Positions 49,039 to 59,267 of a stretch of DNA of 64,000 bases are shown piece by piece. The stretch lies in contig CAKZJX010000022.1 in NCBI GenBank assembly GCA_937120535.1, positions 9,895 to 73,894 on the forward strand, written 5' to 3'. The position numbers and the translations under genes are program-made. Source of the stretch: an uncultured Anaerolineae bacterium. GTDB taxonomy: Bacteria > Chloroflexota > Anaerolineae > Anaerolineales > Villigracilaceae. The notes beneath the pieces are model-generated. The model saw only the letters and a list, made by a program, of their open reading frames with translations. It ran no database searches and was not told the DNA's origin. How positions within the stretch are numbered: position 1 is the stretch's first letter; every line of letters starts with the position of its first letter.

Positions 49039-49704
49039 CTACTCCCCTCGCACCCGAATCGCGATCGTGCAAACCCCGATCTCCTGAGCGGCGTTGTCCA
49101 ACGCTACCACCTGTAACAGATAATCACCAGGGGTCAAGAAAGTAGTGTTTAACTTTCCCAACTCCCCATTACGAACCGGCTCACGGCGAGCTGCCACAGT
49201 GCTCCAGATATTCGAACCATACAACGCCACCTCATACTTATAAAAACCCAAATTCGGGAAATCCACCGTACCGATCAACGTCACCGTCCCCGACACCTCC
49301 TCGCCCGAACGTGGCGAAGTAATCTCCAAACGCCGTGGGACGCATCCCTCCGACCCCGCCGCGGGTTCGGTCGCCATCGACGTTATCCTCCCCACAGCCT
49401 CCTCCTCCGAGGACGACACAGCCGCTCCAGCCACGTCCAAACTAGAAGCCAAGGCCGCCGGCAACCCTGGCAGGACGACCACCGAGACAAAAAACACTCC
49501 ACCCGCCATCACCACCACGGTGGTCAAAAACGCGATGGCCTGAGCCAAACGCTGGATGCTGACCTCGCGCTCCAAGCCAAAATAGGCCTGACGCCACTCC
49601 CTCCAAGCGATGATCAATCGCCTGAAGGAATACACCCCCGCCAGAGCCAGTAAGAAATACAGCACACCCTGATAATCGCCGACGAAACGCAGAATGTCTT
49701 GCAT
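49039..49704 (-). CDS. Hypothetical membrane protein with C-terminal Ig-like domain
   Basis: Two TMs, then ITSPRSGEEVSGTVTLIG...GDYLLQVVALD. Confidence 0.7.
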   Translation of the reverse strand: MQDILRFVGDYQGVLYFLLALAGVYSFRRLIIAWREWRQAYFGLEREVSIQRLAQAIAFLTTVVVMAGGVFFVSVVVLPGLPAALASSLDVAGAAVSSSEEEAVGRITSMATEPAAGSEGCVPRRLEITSPRSGEEVSGTVTLIGTVDFPNLGFYKYEVALYGSNIWSTVAARREPVRNGELGKLNTTFLTPGDYLLQVVALDNAAQEIGVCTIAIRVRGE

Positions 49705-49705
49705 C

Positions 49706-50548
49706 TTAATCGTGCAATCGTTGCAACACGCCGCGGATGATCGTCTCCATCTTCGGCGTGATCACCCGACCGGCTGCCATCACCTCTTCATGGGTGGTGA
49801 TCGTCGAACCATCCAGGTTCGCCTTGTTGCTGATACCAGAGAGACCCAACACCCGCTGTCCACCATGCCGAGCGACCGTCACCTCCGGCACGGTAGACAT
49901 ACCCACGGCATCGGCGCCGGCCAAGCGCAAAAAGCGCAAATCGGCCGGCGTTTCAAACGACGGGCCGCTCAGCCCCACGTACACGCCTTCCCGCAAGGTG
50001 ATGCCGGCCCCACGGGCCGCTTCTCGCGCCAAATTCATCAACTCTCGATCGTAGGCCTGGCTCATATCAGGAAAGCGCGGACCAAACTCGTCCCAGTTTG
50101 GTCCGATGAGCGGATTCAATCCCGTCATACCGATCAAATTGATGTGATCGGTGATCAACATCACGTCGCCCGGCACAAAATCGGGGTTAATGCCGCCGGC
50201 AGCATTGGTGACGATCAGCGTCTTGATCCCCAACACCTGCATCACCCGCACCGGCAGAGTGACCTGGGACATGGGATACCCTTCGTAATAGTGGATGCGG
50301 CCTTGCATGACGAACACCGGGCAACCTTCCAGTTCACCGATCACCAATTGCCCGCTGTGTCCGACCACTGTCGAAAGCGGCCAGTGAGGCAGCTCCCGAT
50401 AGGGCACAACGCGCGCCCCTTGAACCGCTTCGGCGAGAGTGTTCAATCCTGAACCCAAGATGATCGCCACGCGCGGCGTAACCTTTAGATAACCGCGCAC
50501 GGCTTCAGCGGTTTCCCTAACTTGCTCTAACGTAATGACCGTTTGCAT
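49706..50548 (-). CDS. punA: Purine nucleoside phosphorylase (trimeric type)
   Basis: AIILGSGL, GHSGQL, QGRIHYYEG, NAAGG, GPSFETPA, VGMSTVPE. Confidence 0.95.
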   Translation of the reverse strand: MQTVITLEQVRETAEAVRGYLKVTPRVAIILGSGLNTLAEAVQGARVVPYRELPHWPLSTVVGHSGQLVIGELEGCPVFVMQGRIHYYEGYPMSQVTLPVRVMQVLGIKTLIVTNAAGGINPDFVPGDVMLITDHINLIGMTGLNPLIGPNWDEFGPRFPDMSQAYDRELMNLAREAARGAGITLREGVYVGLSGPSFETPADLRFLRLAGADAVGMSTVPEVTVARHGGQRVLGLSGISNKANLDGSTITTHEEVMAAGRVITPKMETIIRGVLQRLHD

Positions 50549-50830
50549 GGACCTATCCTATAATCCAAAACTACGCCAGTGAGGCGCATTTAGGAGATTG
50601 CCCCGCCAGGCAACCCTCTCAAGTGAGAATTATATCAGATTGTGTTCTGCTAGAAGGAAGATTTTCTGTCAGCGCTGCTATCGCTCCCTTGACGCCGGCC
50701 ATGCAAAGCCCCATCGCCATTATCGCACCCTCGGCGCATGCGGCAATACACTAGCTTGCTCAGGCCGAGAGCCTACCCAGGCCGGCGCCCAGCCTTCTCA
50801 CTGAACACTCAATATCCCAAAAATCAGAGT

Positions 50831-50846
50831 GGGCTTGTTCAATAAG
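50831..50846. repeat. Orphan family-2 terminal repeat GGGCTTGTTCAATAAG
   Basis: First 15 nt identical to the left TIR of copy A; no convincing partner TIR or full internal homology. Confidence 0.55.
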
Positions 50847-51043
50847 TGCCCTCCTCCCGCCGTGATACCCCAGGCGCTCATACCCTTCAAAGGCATCGCT
50901 GTAGAATATCGGGCTTTCGGCGCTTCGTCCACGATTGACTGCCGCTGCCGGTTTTTCCGGCTCGGCTTTGTCGTTCGGTTCGGTGACATCTTGGACACTC
51001 TATCATGTCGCTATTTTAGCCCAGTTTTGAGCCATTCCCGACC

Positions 51044-51072
51044 TTGCGAAACTCGTCCGATTGTGCTAAAAT
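51044..51072 (+). promoter_or_regulatory. Promoter of the nusA operon
   Basis: TTGCGA-17 nt-TAAAAT with extended TG. Confidence 0.6.
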
Positions 51073-51168
51073 CGTAATAGGTACAAAAACGCCCACCCTG
51101 CTGACGCTGAGAACTGGGTACTCCCCAGTTTTCTGCTTGTAAAAAGGAGTTATTGGAGTAAGAAATCT

Positions 51169-53049
51169 ATGGCCATTCGCAGTGAATTCGCCCTGGCCTT
51201 CCATGAAGTTCTAGAGGAAAAGCAGTTGCCGAAGGATGTCATCTTGGCGGCCATCGAGTCGGCAATGGTGTCGGCCTACCGTAAGGCAGTCAACGCTTCG
51301 GCAGCTCAGCGCGTAGAGGCCAAGCTCGACCCTGAGACCGGTAAGGTTACCATCTACGCTGAAAAAGAGGTAGTCGAGTCGGTTGTTGATCCACGCACTG
51401 AGGTGCAGCTGGAAGAGGCGCGGCGCGTTCATCCGAATGCGCAGACCGGAGACATGGTGATGATGGAATCCACGCCGGCCGATTTTGGCCGCGTGGCCGC
51501 CCAAACTGCTCGCCAGGTGATCCAACAGCGCATACGAGAAGCAGAACGCAAGGCGCAACTGGAGTATTTCCAGCGCCAGATTGGCGAGATCGTCAGTGGG
51601 GTGGTGCAGGCTGTTCACCCGACTCAGGGCATTACTATTGGCCTCGACATGAAAGCCGAGGGCAACATGCCCAACAACCAGAAGATCCCCGGCGAGCGCT
51701 TCAAAGTGCACGATCGGGTACGGGCAGTGGTCCTAGAAGTGAAGGATGGTCCGCGCGGCCCTCAGATTATCCTCTCGCGCGCGCATCGCAATTTCTTGCG
51801 CCGTTTGCTGGAGAACGAGGTGCCAGAGATCTATCATGGGATCGTGGAGATTCGGGCCATCGCCCGCGAGCCCGGCGCACGCGCTAAAGTAGCCGTCTCG
51901 GCCATGCAGCCCGGCGTGGACGCGGTAGGGGCTTGCGTGGGCATCAAGGGTGTGCGCATTCAGGCTATTGTTAAAGAACTGCACGATGAGAAGATCGACA
52001 TCATTCAGTGGGATCCCGACCCGGTGGTCTACATCTCAAAGGCCCTGAGCCCGGCCCGCGTGACTGGCGTGTATCTCTCCAAAGGGGAGGATGGTCACCG
52101 GACGGCCACGGTGGTGGTCAGCGAAGATCAACTCAGCCTGGCCATTGGTCGCGATGGGCAGAACGCGCGCCTGGCTGCCAAGCTGACTGGCTGGCGGATT
52201 GATATTAAGTCTTTGCCGGAGGCGGCGGCCGACGCGCTGCAAAAGCTCAGAGGTGATGCCGAACTCATGGCGGCCTTGCCAAACGCCGTGAGCAATGCGC
52301 CGTTGATCGAAGAGATCCTGGCGAAGAAGGCCGAGAATCGACCGGTGACGCCGGAAGAATACGAACACTTAGCCCAATTTGTAGACCAAGTCGAGAGGCG
52401 GATGGTTCAGCCGGCCCAGCTGGAGGCGGAGGATCAGAAGAAGACCGCCTTGCGCGCCGAGATCCCCGAAGCAGCCTTTCGCATGGATCTGCGTGACTCG
52501 GCCATCAAAGAACACGTGGTGAATATCCTGACCGAGGCCGGCTATGAGACGGTCGGGGACCTGATGTTGGTCTTGAAATTGGATCCCAACAAAGTGTTGG
52601 GCTTGCCGGGGATCGGGCCGCGCGCCATGCAGAACATTGAAGAAACCCTAGCTTCGCTCACCTTTGACGAGCCGGCCCAGGCAGAAGCCGCTGTAGCAGA
52701 GGAAGAGGTTTCGTCTCGCGCTGCTGCTGTTGAGGTTGAGGGTGTCTCTGCGCAGACTGTGCCGGCCAAGGCCGCTCCACAGGTCGCCGAACCCATTGCG
52801 CCATCGGCAGTCCACGTGCAGGAAGAAGAACAACCTGCTGTGAAAGACGGCGTCTCGCTGGATGAACTATTTACCTTCAAGCCCGAAACCTTCCTCGGCC
52901 TTTCTGACGAGGAAGAACCCGAAGTGGATCGCAAGAAGGGCAAAAAGAAAAAGAAAAAATTCGTCGAGTTGGAATACGACGAAGAATTGGGTGAAGTGAT
53001 CGCTCGTAAACGCCACAAACGAGACGACGATTTCTGGGACGAGGAGTAA
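51169..53049 (+). CDS. nusA: Transcription elongation factor NusA with long C-terminal extension
   Basis: DFGRVAAQTARQVIQQRIREAER, S1, KH domains (REPGARAKVAV, SLAIGRDGQNARLAAKLTGWRIDI). Confidence 0.96.
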   Translation: MAIRSEFALAFHEVLEEKQLPKDVILAAIESAMVSAYRKAVNASAAQRVEAKLDPETGKVTIYAEKEVVESVVDPRTEVQLEEARRVHPNAQTGDMVMMESTPADFGRVAAQTARQVIQQRIREAERKAQLEYFQRQIGEIVSGVVQAVHPTQGITIGLDMKAEGNMPNNQKIPGERFKVHDRVRAVVLEVKDGPRGPQIILSRAHRNFLRRLLENEVPEIYHGIVEIRAIAREPGARAKVAVSAMQPGVDAVGACVGIKGVRIQAIVKELHDEKIDIIQWDPDPVVYISKALSPARVTGVYLSKGEDGHRTATVVVSEDQLSLAIGRDGQNARLAAKLTGWRIDIKSLPEAAADALQKLRGDAELMAALPNAVSNAPLIEEILAKKAENRPVTPEEYEHLAQFVDQVERRMVQPAQLEAEDQKKTALRAEIPEAAFRMDLRDSAIKEHVVNILTEAGYETVGDLMLVLKLDPNKVLGLPGIGPRAMQNIEETLASLTFDEPAQAEAAVAEEEVSSRAAAVEVEGVSAQTVPAKAAPQVAEPIAPSAVHVQEEEQPAVKDGVSLDELFTFKPETFLGLSDEEEPEVDRKKGKKKKKKFVELEYDEELGEVIARKRHKRDDDFWDEE

Positions 53050-53106
53050 CATCTTCCCATACTCGCTCCGATACGGCACGAGACGGGTAGGGGCGAGTTC
53101 GAGAGT

Positions 53107-53418
53107 ATGTGTGCAAAACCTGCTAAACGTGTTAAGCGTGTCCCTCAGCGGACGTGCGTAGGATGCCGGTCGGTGTTGGCAAAGCGAGAGTTAATCCGCA
53201 TTGTCCGCACCCTAGAGGGGGTCAAGATTGATCCCACCGGCAAACTTGCCGGCCGCGGGGCATATCTGCATCGGCAACGCTCCTGCTGGGAGCGGGCCCT
53301 GCGTGGGCCTCTGGCGCACGCTTTGAAAACCGAATTGACCCCCGCAGACCGGGAACGCTTGTTGGCCTTTGCCCAAACGCTCCCGAAGGAACCCTCCACG
53401 GACGGAACGACCATGTGA
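53107..53418 (+). CDS. ylxR: YlxR (RnpM) family protein
   Basis: PQRTCVGCR, LIRIVR, GRGAYL; canonical position. Confidence 0.92.
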   Translation: MCAKPAKRVKRVPQRTCVGCRSVLAKRELIRIVRTLEGVKIDPTGKLAGRGAYLHRQRSCWERALRGPLAHALKTELTPADRERLLAFAQTLPKEPSTDGTTM

Positions 53419-53501
53419 TCGATCACCCCGTTTTCGTTCACAGGCCCGCCTGGTGTGGGGTCTCTGCGGCGGCGGAGTATCTTCAACAGAGGAGGTGTCC
53501 T

Positions 53502-55280
53502 ATGAACGAAAACGGACACAAAATTGAGTTACCTGCCAGCATTGTGGTTCGTGATCTGGCTCAACTGATCCAGAAAAGTCCGATTGACATCATCAAAAAG
53601 CTGATGAGCAACGGCGTCATGGCCACTATCAACCAGTCGGTGGATTTTGAGACCGCTGCGATCGTGGTAGCAGAATATGGTTATGAGGCAGTGCCCCAAA
53701 AGAGTGTGGAAGTCCAAGAAGAGGGTGAGATCCCTCTTTGGCGTCGCCTGATTGCCGGTGAGGATCCTGCTCTGCTCAAAAGCCGACCGCCGGTGGTCAC
53801 CATCTTGGGCCATGTGGATCACGGGAAGACGACCCTGCTAGATGCCATCCGCTCGAGCAATGTAGCTGCTCGGGAGGCAGGGGGCATCACCCAACATATC
53901 GGTGCCTATCAGGTCGAACATAACGGCCGGCTGATCACCTTCTTGGATACCCCCGGCCATGCCGCCTTTACGGCCATGCGGGCGCGCGGTGCTCAGGGCG
54001 CTGATATCGTGGTATTAGTGGTCGCTGCTGATGATGGGGTAATGCCTCAGACCAAAGAGGCGATTGCCCATGCCCGTGCGGCGCGTGTGCCGATTGTGGT
54101 GGCCATCAACAAGGTGGATAAACCCAATGCCAACGTGGAGCGGGTGAAACAGCAACTGGCCGAGTTAGACCTGGTTCCTGACGATTGGGGCGGGCAGACC
54201 CTCATGGTTCCCGTCTCGGCCAAGCAGAAACAGGGCATTGGCGACCTGCTGGAGGCGATCTTGCTGATGGCCGAGAACAGCGACATCCGAGCCAATCCCA
54301 ACGGCAAGGTGATCGGCACTGTGATCGAAGCCGAGCTAGACAAGACGCGCGGCGTGGTGGCGACGCTGTTGGTGCAGAACGGCACGCTGCAGACCGGTGA
54401 CATCGCGGTGGCCGGCATCGCCTACGGGCGCATCAAAGCCATGACCGACTTTCGCGGCAAGCCGATCAGGAAGGCCGGTCCGTCCACGCCGGTGCGGGTG
54501 ATGGGTCTCTCCAATGTGCCGACCGCCGGCGATCTGTTTGAAGTGGTCAAGTCGGAGCGCGAAGCGCGCGAAACGGCCACACAACGTGCAGAAGCCCTGA
54601 AGCGAAAGGCCCAAGAGCGACGCAAAGTCTCTTTGGAAGACCTGTTCGCTTCCTATGAAAAAGGTGAGGCCAAGACCCTCAACATCGTCCTCAAAGTAGA
54701 TGTGCAAGGCTCTCTGGAACCTATTTTGACTGAGCTGGAGAAATTGGGCAAAGGCGAGATCGGCATAGATGTCCTATTCTCAGAGACCGGCAACATTACC
54801 GAAAACGATGTGATGTTAGCTTCGGCTTCCAAAGCCATCGTGATCGGTTTCAACGTCCAGGTGGATGTGGTCGCTCGCCGCTTGGCAGACACCGAAGGCG
54901 TGGACATTCGCCTCTACGACGTCATCTATCGTCTCACCGAGGACGTGGAAAAAGCCCTGAAAGGCATGCTGACCCCGCAGGTGGTCGAAGTCCCGATCGG
55001 GCGGGCTCAAGTGCTCAAGGTGTTCAACATCTCAAAGGTCGGGAAGGTGGCCGGATGTCGTGTGCTAGAGGGAGAGCTGCGCCGCAATGCGAAAGTGCAC
55101 CTCAAACGAGGGAGTGACATCGTCTATGAAGGTGAGATCGCTTCGCTCAAGCGCGAGAAAGACGATGTGCGCGAGGTGCGCGCTGGCTTCGAGTGTGGCG
55201 TTGGCTTGAAGAACTTCCACGATATTGAGCCGGGCGATATTCTCGAATGTTATGTCTTGGAACAAACCAAGCCTGTGTGA
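53502..55280 (+). CDS. infB: Translation initiation factor IF-2 (short form)
   Basis: GHVDHGKTT, EAGGITQHIGA, DTPGHAAF, NKVD; GGAGG SD before ATG 53502. Confidence 0.97.
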   Translation: MNENGHKIELPASIVVRDLAQLIQKSPIDIIKKLMSNGVMATINQSVDFETAAIVVAEYGYEAVPQKSVEVQEEGEIPLWRRLIAGEDPALLKSRPPVVTILGHVDHGKTTLLDAIRSSNVAAREAGGITQHIGAYQVEHNGRLITFLDTPGHAAFTAMRARGAQGADIVVLVVAADDGVMPQTKEAIAHARAARVPIVVAINKVDKPNANVERVKQQLAELDLVPDDWGGQTLMVPVSAKQKQGIGDLLEAILLMAENSDIRANPNGKVIGTVIEAELDKTRGVVATLLVQNGTLQTGDIAVAGIAYGRIKAMTDFRGKPIRKAGPSTPVRVMGLSNVPTAGDLFEVVKSEREARETATQRAEALKRKAQERRKVSLEDLFASYEKGEAKTLNIVLKVDVQGSLEPILTELEKLGKGEIGIDVLFSETGNITENDVMLASASKAIVIGFNVQVDVVARRLADTEGVDIRLYDVIYRLTEDVEKALKGMLTPQVVEVPIGRAQVLKVFNISKVGKVAGCRVLEGELRRNAKVHLKRGSDIVYEGEIASLKREKDDVREVRAGFECGVGLKNFHDIEPGDILECYVLEQTKPV

Positions 55281-55293
55281 TCTCTAGTGAACC

Positions 55294-55689
55294 ATGCCAA
55301 CTGGAATTCGTCTTCAACGCATCGCCGATCGCATCCGCCAAGAACTCTCGGAGATGCTCCTGCAGGAGCTTAACGATCCACGCCTGCACATAGTCTACGT
55401 GACCGATGTGCGCGTGGATCGAGAATTGGCATACGCCGACATCTACGTCTCGTCGGTTGCCGGGGAGGGACAACAACGCAGTAAGGAAGTGTTGGCCGGC
55501 CTGGAGAGCGCTTCGGGATTTATTCGACGCGCCCTCGCCTCGCGCATCAGGCTGCGCGTCTTTCCCCGTTTGCGATTCCATTGGGATCCCACGCCCGAGA
55601 ACGCCGACCGAATCGAGCGCAAGCTGGCCGAACTTCGAGAAAAGACCAAAACTCATCCATTGACTTCTGGAGAACAAGGACAACGGTGA
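55294..55689 (+). CDS. rbfA: Ribosome-binding factor A
   Basis: RIADRIRQELS, DPRL..V.VTDV, ASGFIR...LRVFPRLRFHWD. Confidence 0.95.
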   Translation: MPTGIRLQRIADRIRQELSEMLLQELNDPRLHIVYVTDVRVDRELAYADIYVSSVAGEGQQRSKEVLAGLESASGFIRRALASRIRLRVFPRLRFHWDPTPENADRIERKLAELREKTKTHPLTSGEQGQR

Positions 55690-55696
55690 CTTTCTT

Positions 55697-56707
55697 ATGA
55701 ACGTTGAAGCAGTGATTCAACAAATTGGGGAACGTTTATCGCAAGCTCGTCGCGTGCTGATCGCTTCCCATGTGCGGCCGGATGGCGACGCCATCGGTTC
55801 GCTGCTTGGGTTGGGGTTGGCCTTACAAGATGCTGGGAAATCGGTTCAAATGGTGTTGCACGATGGCGTCCCGGCCTCCTTTCGTTTCTTAAAAGGACAG
55901 GAGCAGGTGCGCCAGTATCCTGAAGGGGAGTGGGATGCGTTTATCTCGGTAGATTGCGCTGATTTCAAACGCTTGGGGAAACCGTTTGCCTCCTTTCCCA
56001 GGCCGGATATCAACATCGATCATCACATCACCAACGAGCACTTTGGCGAACTTAATCTGATTGTGGGCGATGAAGTGGCCACAGCGGCCATCTTGACCGA
56101 TTGCCTGCCTGACTGGGGATTGACGATCTCTCCGCCTGTTGCCAACGCACTGTTGACCGGCATCGTGACGGATACCCTGGGCTTCCGCACAGCCAACACC
56201 ACTCCGAAGGCATTGCGCCAAGCGGCCACCTTGATGGAACATGGGGCCAACCTGACAGAACTGTATAACCACTCCCTGGTGCGGCGCTCGTTTGCCGCTG
56301 CGCGTTACTGGGGGGCCGGCCTCTCCAGCCTGGAGCGGAAGAACGGCGTGGTCTGGGGCACCTTGACCCTGGCCGATCGCAAGGCAGCCGGCTACCCTGG
56401 CAATGACGACGCCGATCTGATCAACATCATCTCGTCCATCAATGACGATACCCGCATTGGGATGATCTTTGTAGAACAGAGCGATAACCATGTCAAAGTG
56501 TCGTGGCGGGCGCTGGAAGAAGGGATTGACGTCTCGCGCGTGGCAAAGCAGTTTAACGGTGGCGGACACGCTGCAGCCGCCGGCGCCGACATCCCAGGAA
56601 CCTTGAGCGAAGTTCAGTCGCGTGTCTTGGAGGCCACCTGGGAGACGCTCGGTCTTACCTCACACTCATTGAAATCGGATACAATTAGCCGAAATAGTGT
56701 AGGGTGA
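55697..56707 (+). CDS. nrnA: DHH/DHHA1 phosphoesterase (nanoRNase / pAp phosphatase)
   Basis: SHVRPDGDAIGS, IDHH, GIVTDT, GGGHAAAAG. Confidence 0.92.
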   Translation: MNVEAVIQQIGERLSQARRVLIASHVRPDGDAIGSLLGLGLALQDAGKSVQMVLHDGVPASFRFLKGQEQVRQYPEGEWDAFISVDCADFKRLGKPFASFPRPDINIDHHITNEHFGELNLIVGDEVATAAILTDCLPDWGLTISPPVANALLTGIVTDTLGFRTANTTPKALRQAATLMEHGANLTELYNHSLVRRSFAAARYWGAGLSSLERKNGVVWGTLTLADRKAAGYPGNDDADLINIISSINDDTRIGMIFVEQSDNHVKVSWRALEEGIDVSRVAKQFNGGGHAAAAGADIPGTLSEVQSRVLEATWETLGLTSHSLKSDTISRNSVG

Positions 56708-56729
56708 TTTAGGATATGGAGGAAATCTT

Positions 56730-57671
56730 ATGAGCAGCCAAGATGTGAAAAACGCCATTTCAGGTGTATTGGTTGTGGATAAACCGGTGGGGATGACCTC
56801 TCACGATGTGGTTGAGAGCATCCGTCGCGGCACCGGTATTCGCCGTGCTGGTCACACAGGCACGTTGGATCCGCGCGCTTCGGGCGTGTTGGTGGTGTTG
56901 ATCGGGCCGGCGGTACGCTTGAGCGAATACGTCTCCGCTTCGGATAAACGCTATCAGGCGATCATTCGGCTGGGTTCTTCTACCGATACGTTTGATGCCA
57001 ATGGTCGCTTTCTTCGGACCAATCAACCGGTCAACGTTACCCAAGAAGAATTTGAGCGCATCCTAAAAACCTTTGAAGGCGAGATTGAACAGACCCCTCC
57101 GCCATACTCGGCCGTCAAGGTTGGAGGCCGGCGCGCCTACGATATGGCTCGTCGGGGCGAAGAGGTGACTCTGGCGCCGCGCAAAATCCACGTCTATCAT
57201 CTAGAGGTGCTCGAATGGGCGCCGCCAGAGGTGGTGATCGACGTGCATTGCTCCAGCGGCACCTATGTGCGCTCTTTGGCAAACGACATCGGCAACGCGT
57301 TAGGCACGGGCGCCTACTTGGTTGGTCTGCGCCGCACCAAGAGTGGTCGCTTCACCCTGCGCGATGCCGTGCCGTTGCGCAAATTGCAGGAGGCCTTCCA
57401 GGCCGGCACTTGGTACCAATACTTGATCCCAGCCGCTGAGGCCCTGGCCGATTGGCCGGCCGTGGAACTGAACCCCGACGAAGTCGAAGAAGTGCGCCAT
57501 GGCCATCGGGTAAAAGCCGCTGTAGGGGCGCCTCAGCCTCCCATGGTGCGCGGCATCAGTACGGCTGGCGAGCTGATCGCCCTGATGGTGCCGGCGATCG
57601 GCGAAGATGGCTCTCCAGAGTGGCAGCCGAAGAAAGTCTTCTTCACCACCGATACGAAACGCGGGGCTTAA
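56730..57671 (+). CDS. truB: tRNA pseudouridine-55 synthase
   Basis: DKPVGMTSHD, GHTGTLDP, PPYSAVK..GRRAY, CSSGTYVRSL. Confidence 0.96.
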   Translation: MSSQDVKNAISGVLVVDKPVGMTSHDVVESIRRGTGIRRAGHTGTLDPRASGVLVVLIGPAVRLSEYVSASDKRYQAIIRLGSSTDTFDANGRFLRTNQPVNVTQEEFERILKTFEGEIEQTPPPYSAVKVGGRRAYDMARRGEEVTLAPRKIHVYHLEVLEWAPPEVVIDVHCSSGTYVRSLANDIGNALGTGAYLVGLRRTKSGRFTLRDAVPLRKLQEAFQAGTWYQYLIPAAEALADWPAVELNPDEVEEVRHGHRVKAAVGAPQPPMVRGISTAGELIALMVPAIGEDGSPEWQPKKVFFTTDTKRGA

Positions 57672-57725
57672 TATCCGGACAGGCCGGACGGTGGACGCCT
57701 GTCTCCAAAACGATCACGCTGAACC

Positions 57726-58652
57726 ATGCTCCATTATCGCTCTCTGGCCGAAGTCGCCCTGCGAGAGGGGTGGTTGACCATCGGTGTATTCGATGGCCTT
57801 CATCGTGGACATCAGGCGATCCTTCGCCGATTGGTGGCGGGCGCGCAAGCACGGGGCGTGCCTGCCGTTTTGTTGACCTTTGATCCCCACCCGGCGCAGG
57901 TCTTGACGGGGCAGGCGATCCCCTTACTGACCACGCCTGACGAGCGGGCCAACCTAGCTGCTTCTCTGGGGGTGGAGGTAGTGATCACCCATCCGTTTGA
58001 CCGCCAACTAGCTCAAATGAGCGCTCGCGTCTTTATGGCTCTCCTTGTCCGGCATCTCGGCCTGCGTCACCTGGTGGTTGGCTATGACTTTGCTCTGGGC
58101 CGAGGCCGCGAGGGCAATGTGTCCCGCTTGATCGAGTTGGGCAGCGAGTTGGGTTACACGGTGGAGGTGGTGGATGTGGTGGCCGACGCCCACGGCGTGA
58201 TCTCGTCCACCGAGATCCGCAATCGAATTGCTGCTGGAGATGTGGAAACCGCTGCTCTCCTGCTCGGGCATCCTTACACCCTCTCCGGAACGGTGGTTCA
58301 CGGCGATGGACGGGGACGGCGGATCCACCTCCCAACCGCCAACCTGGCCTACCCGCCCAACAAGCTGATCCCCGCTAACGGCATTTACGCCTGCCGAGCC
58401 CGCCTCGGTCGGGACCTCTATGCGGCCGCCACCAACATCGGCATCAACCCCACCTTCACGCCTTCCCGCCAATCGGTCAGCGTGGAGACCTACCTGTTGG
58501 ATTTCAACCGCACCATCTACGGCGAGACGCTCACCCTAGAGTTTGTGACTCGCCTGCGCGAGGAGCGCAAGTACGAATCGGTGGAAGCTTTGCTGGCTCA
58601 GATCCATCTAGATATCGAGCAAACGCGACGTTTGGTGTCGCTCGAAGGATGA
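57726..58652 (+). CDS. ribF: Bifunctional riboflavin kinase / FAD synthetase
   Basis: GVFDGLHRGHQ, GYDFALG, ISSTEIR, PTANL, NIGINPTF, ETYLLDF. Confidence 0.95.
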   Translation: MLHYRSLAEVALREGWLTIGVFDGLHRGHQAILRRLVAGAQARGVPAVLLTFDPHPAQVLTGQAIPLLTTPDERANLAASLGVEVVITHPFDRQLAQMSARVFMALLVRHLGLRHLVVGYDFALGRGREGNVSRLIELGSELGYTVEVVDVVADAHGVISSTEIRNRIAAGDVETAALLLGHPYTLSGTVVHGDGRGRRIHLPTANLAYPPNKLIPANGIYACRARLGRDLYAAATNIGINPTFTPSRQSVSVETYLLDFNRTIYGETLTLEFVTRLREERKYESVEALLAQIHLDIEQTRRLVSLEG

Positions 58653-58658
58653 AGTCTT

Positions 58659-59267
58659 ATGGAGAGAAAGACATTACTGGTTGGCTTGGTAGCCCTGATC
58701 GTGATCGGTGCGGCGACCTGGCTTGTGTGGCTCACCCAGCCGGTGCGCTTTCGGGGCACAGCTTATTCAGAACCCTATCCCGTGGCGCCACCCATTGAAC
58801 TGCGACGCGCGGACGGCAGCTGGTTCCGCTTGTCTGACCAGCGCAGCAAGATCGTCTTGCTCTTCTTCGGCTATACGTCGTGCCCAGATATCTGCCCAAC
58901 CACCATGGCAGAGATGAAGCGAGTGGTGGAGCAGTTGGGGCGAGCTGGGGAGCAGGTTCAGGTGGTGTTCATCTCGGTAGATCCGGAGCGGGATACGCCG
59001 CAACGTGTGCAGGAGTATGCTAATCACTTTCGACCGGATTTCATCGGCCTTTCCGGGAGTTTAGAGGAGTTGCAGCCAATTTGGGATGCTTATGGGATCT
59101 ATCGCGCTGTGGCGACCACCGAATCTATGGTAGGATACTTGGTGGACCATACGGCTCGCGTGTTTTTGATCGATGGAAATGGCTATCTGCGGCTTTTGTA
59201 TGGGTTTCAAACGCCAGTAGGCGATATCGTCCACGATATTCGCCTGTTGTTGCGCTCCGGTTCGTAA
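58659..59267 (+). CDS. SCO-family copper chaperone
   Basis: TM anchor; FGYTSCPDICP, ISVDPERD, VDHT. Confidence 0.93.
   Translation: MERKTLLVGLVALIVIGAATWLVWLTQPVRFRGTAYSEPYPVAPPIELRRADGSWFRLSDQRSKIVLLFFGYTSCPDICPTTMAEMKRVVEQLGRAGEQVQVVFISVDPERDTPQRVQEYANHFRPDFIGLSGSLEELQPIWDAYGIYRAVATTESMVGYLVDHTARVFLIDGNGYLRLLYGFQTPVGDIVHDIRLLLRSGS

Noticed and set aside
50555-50628. Purine riboswitch in the PNP leader
   Set aside because: Two hairpins are present, but the purine-riboswitch junction motifs are absent
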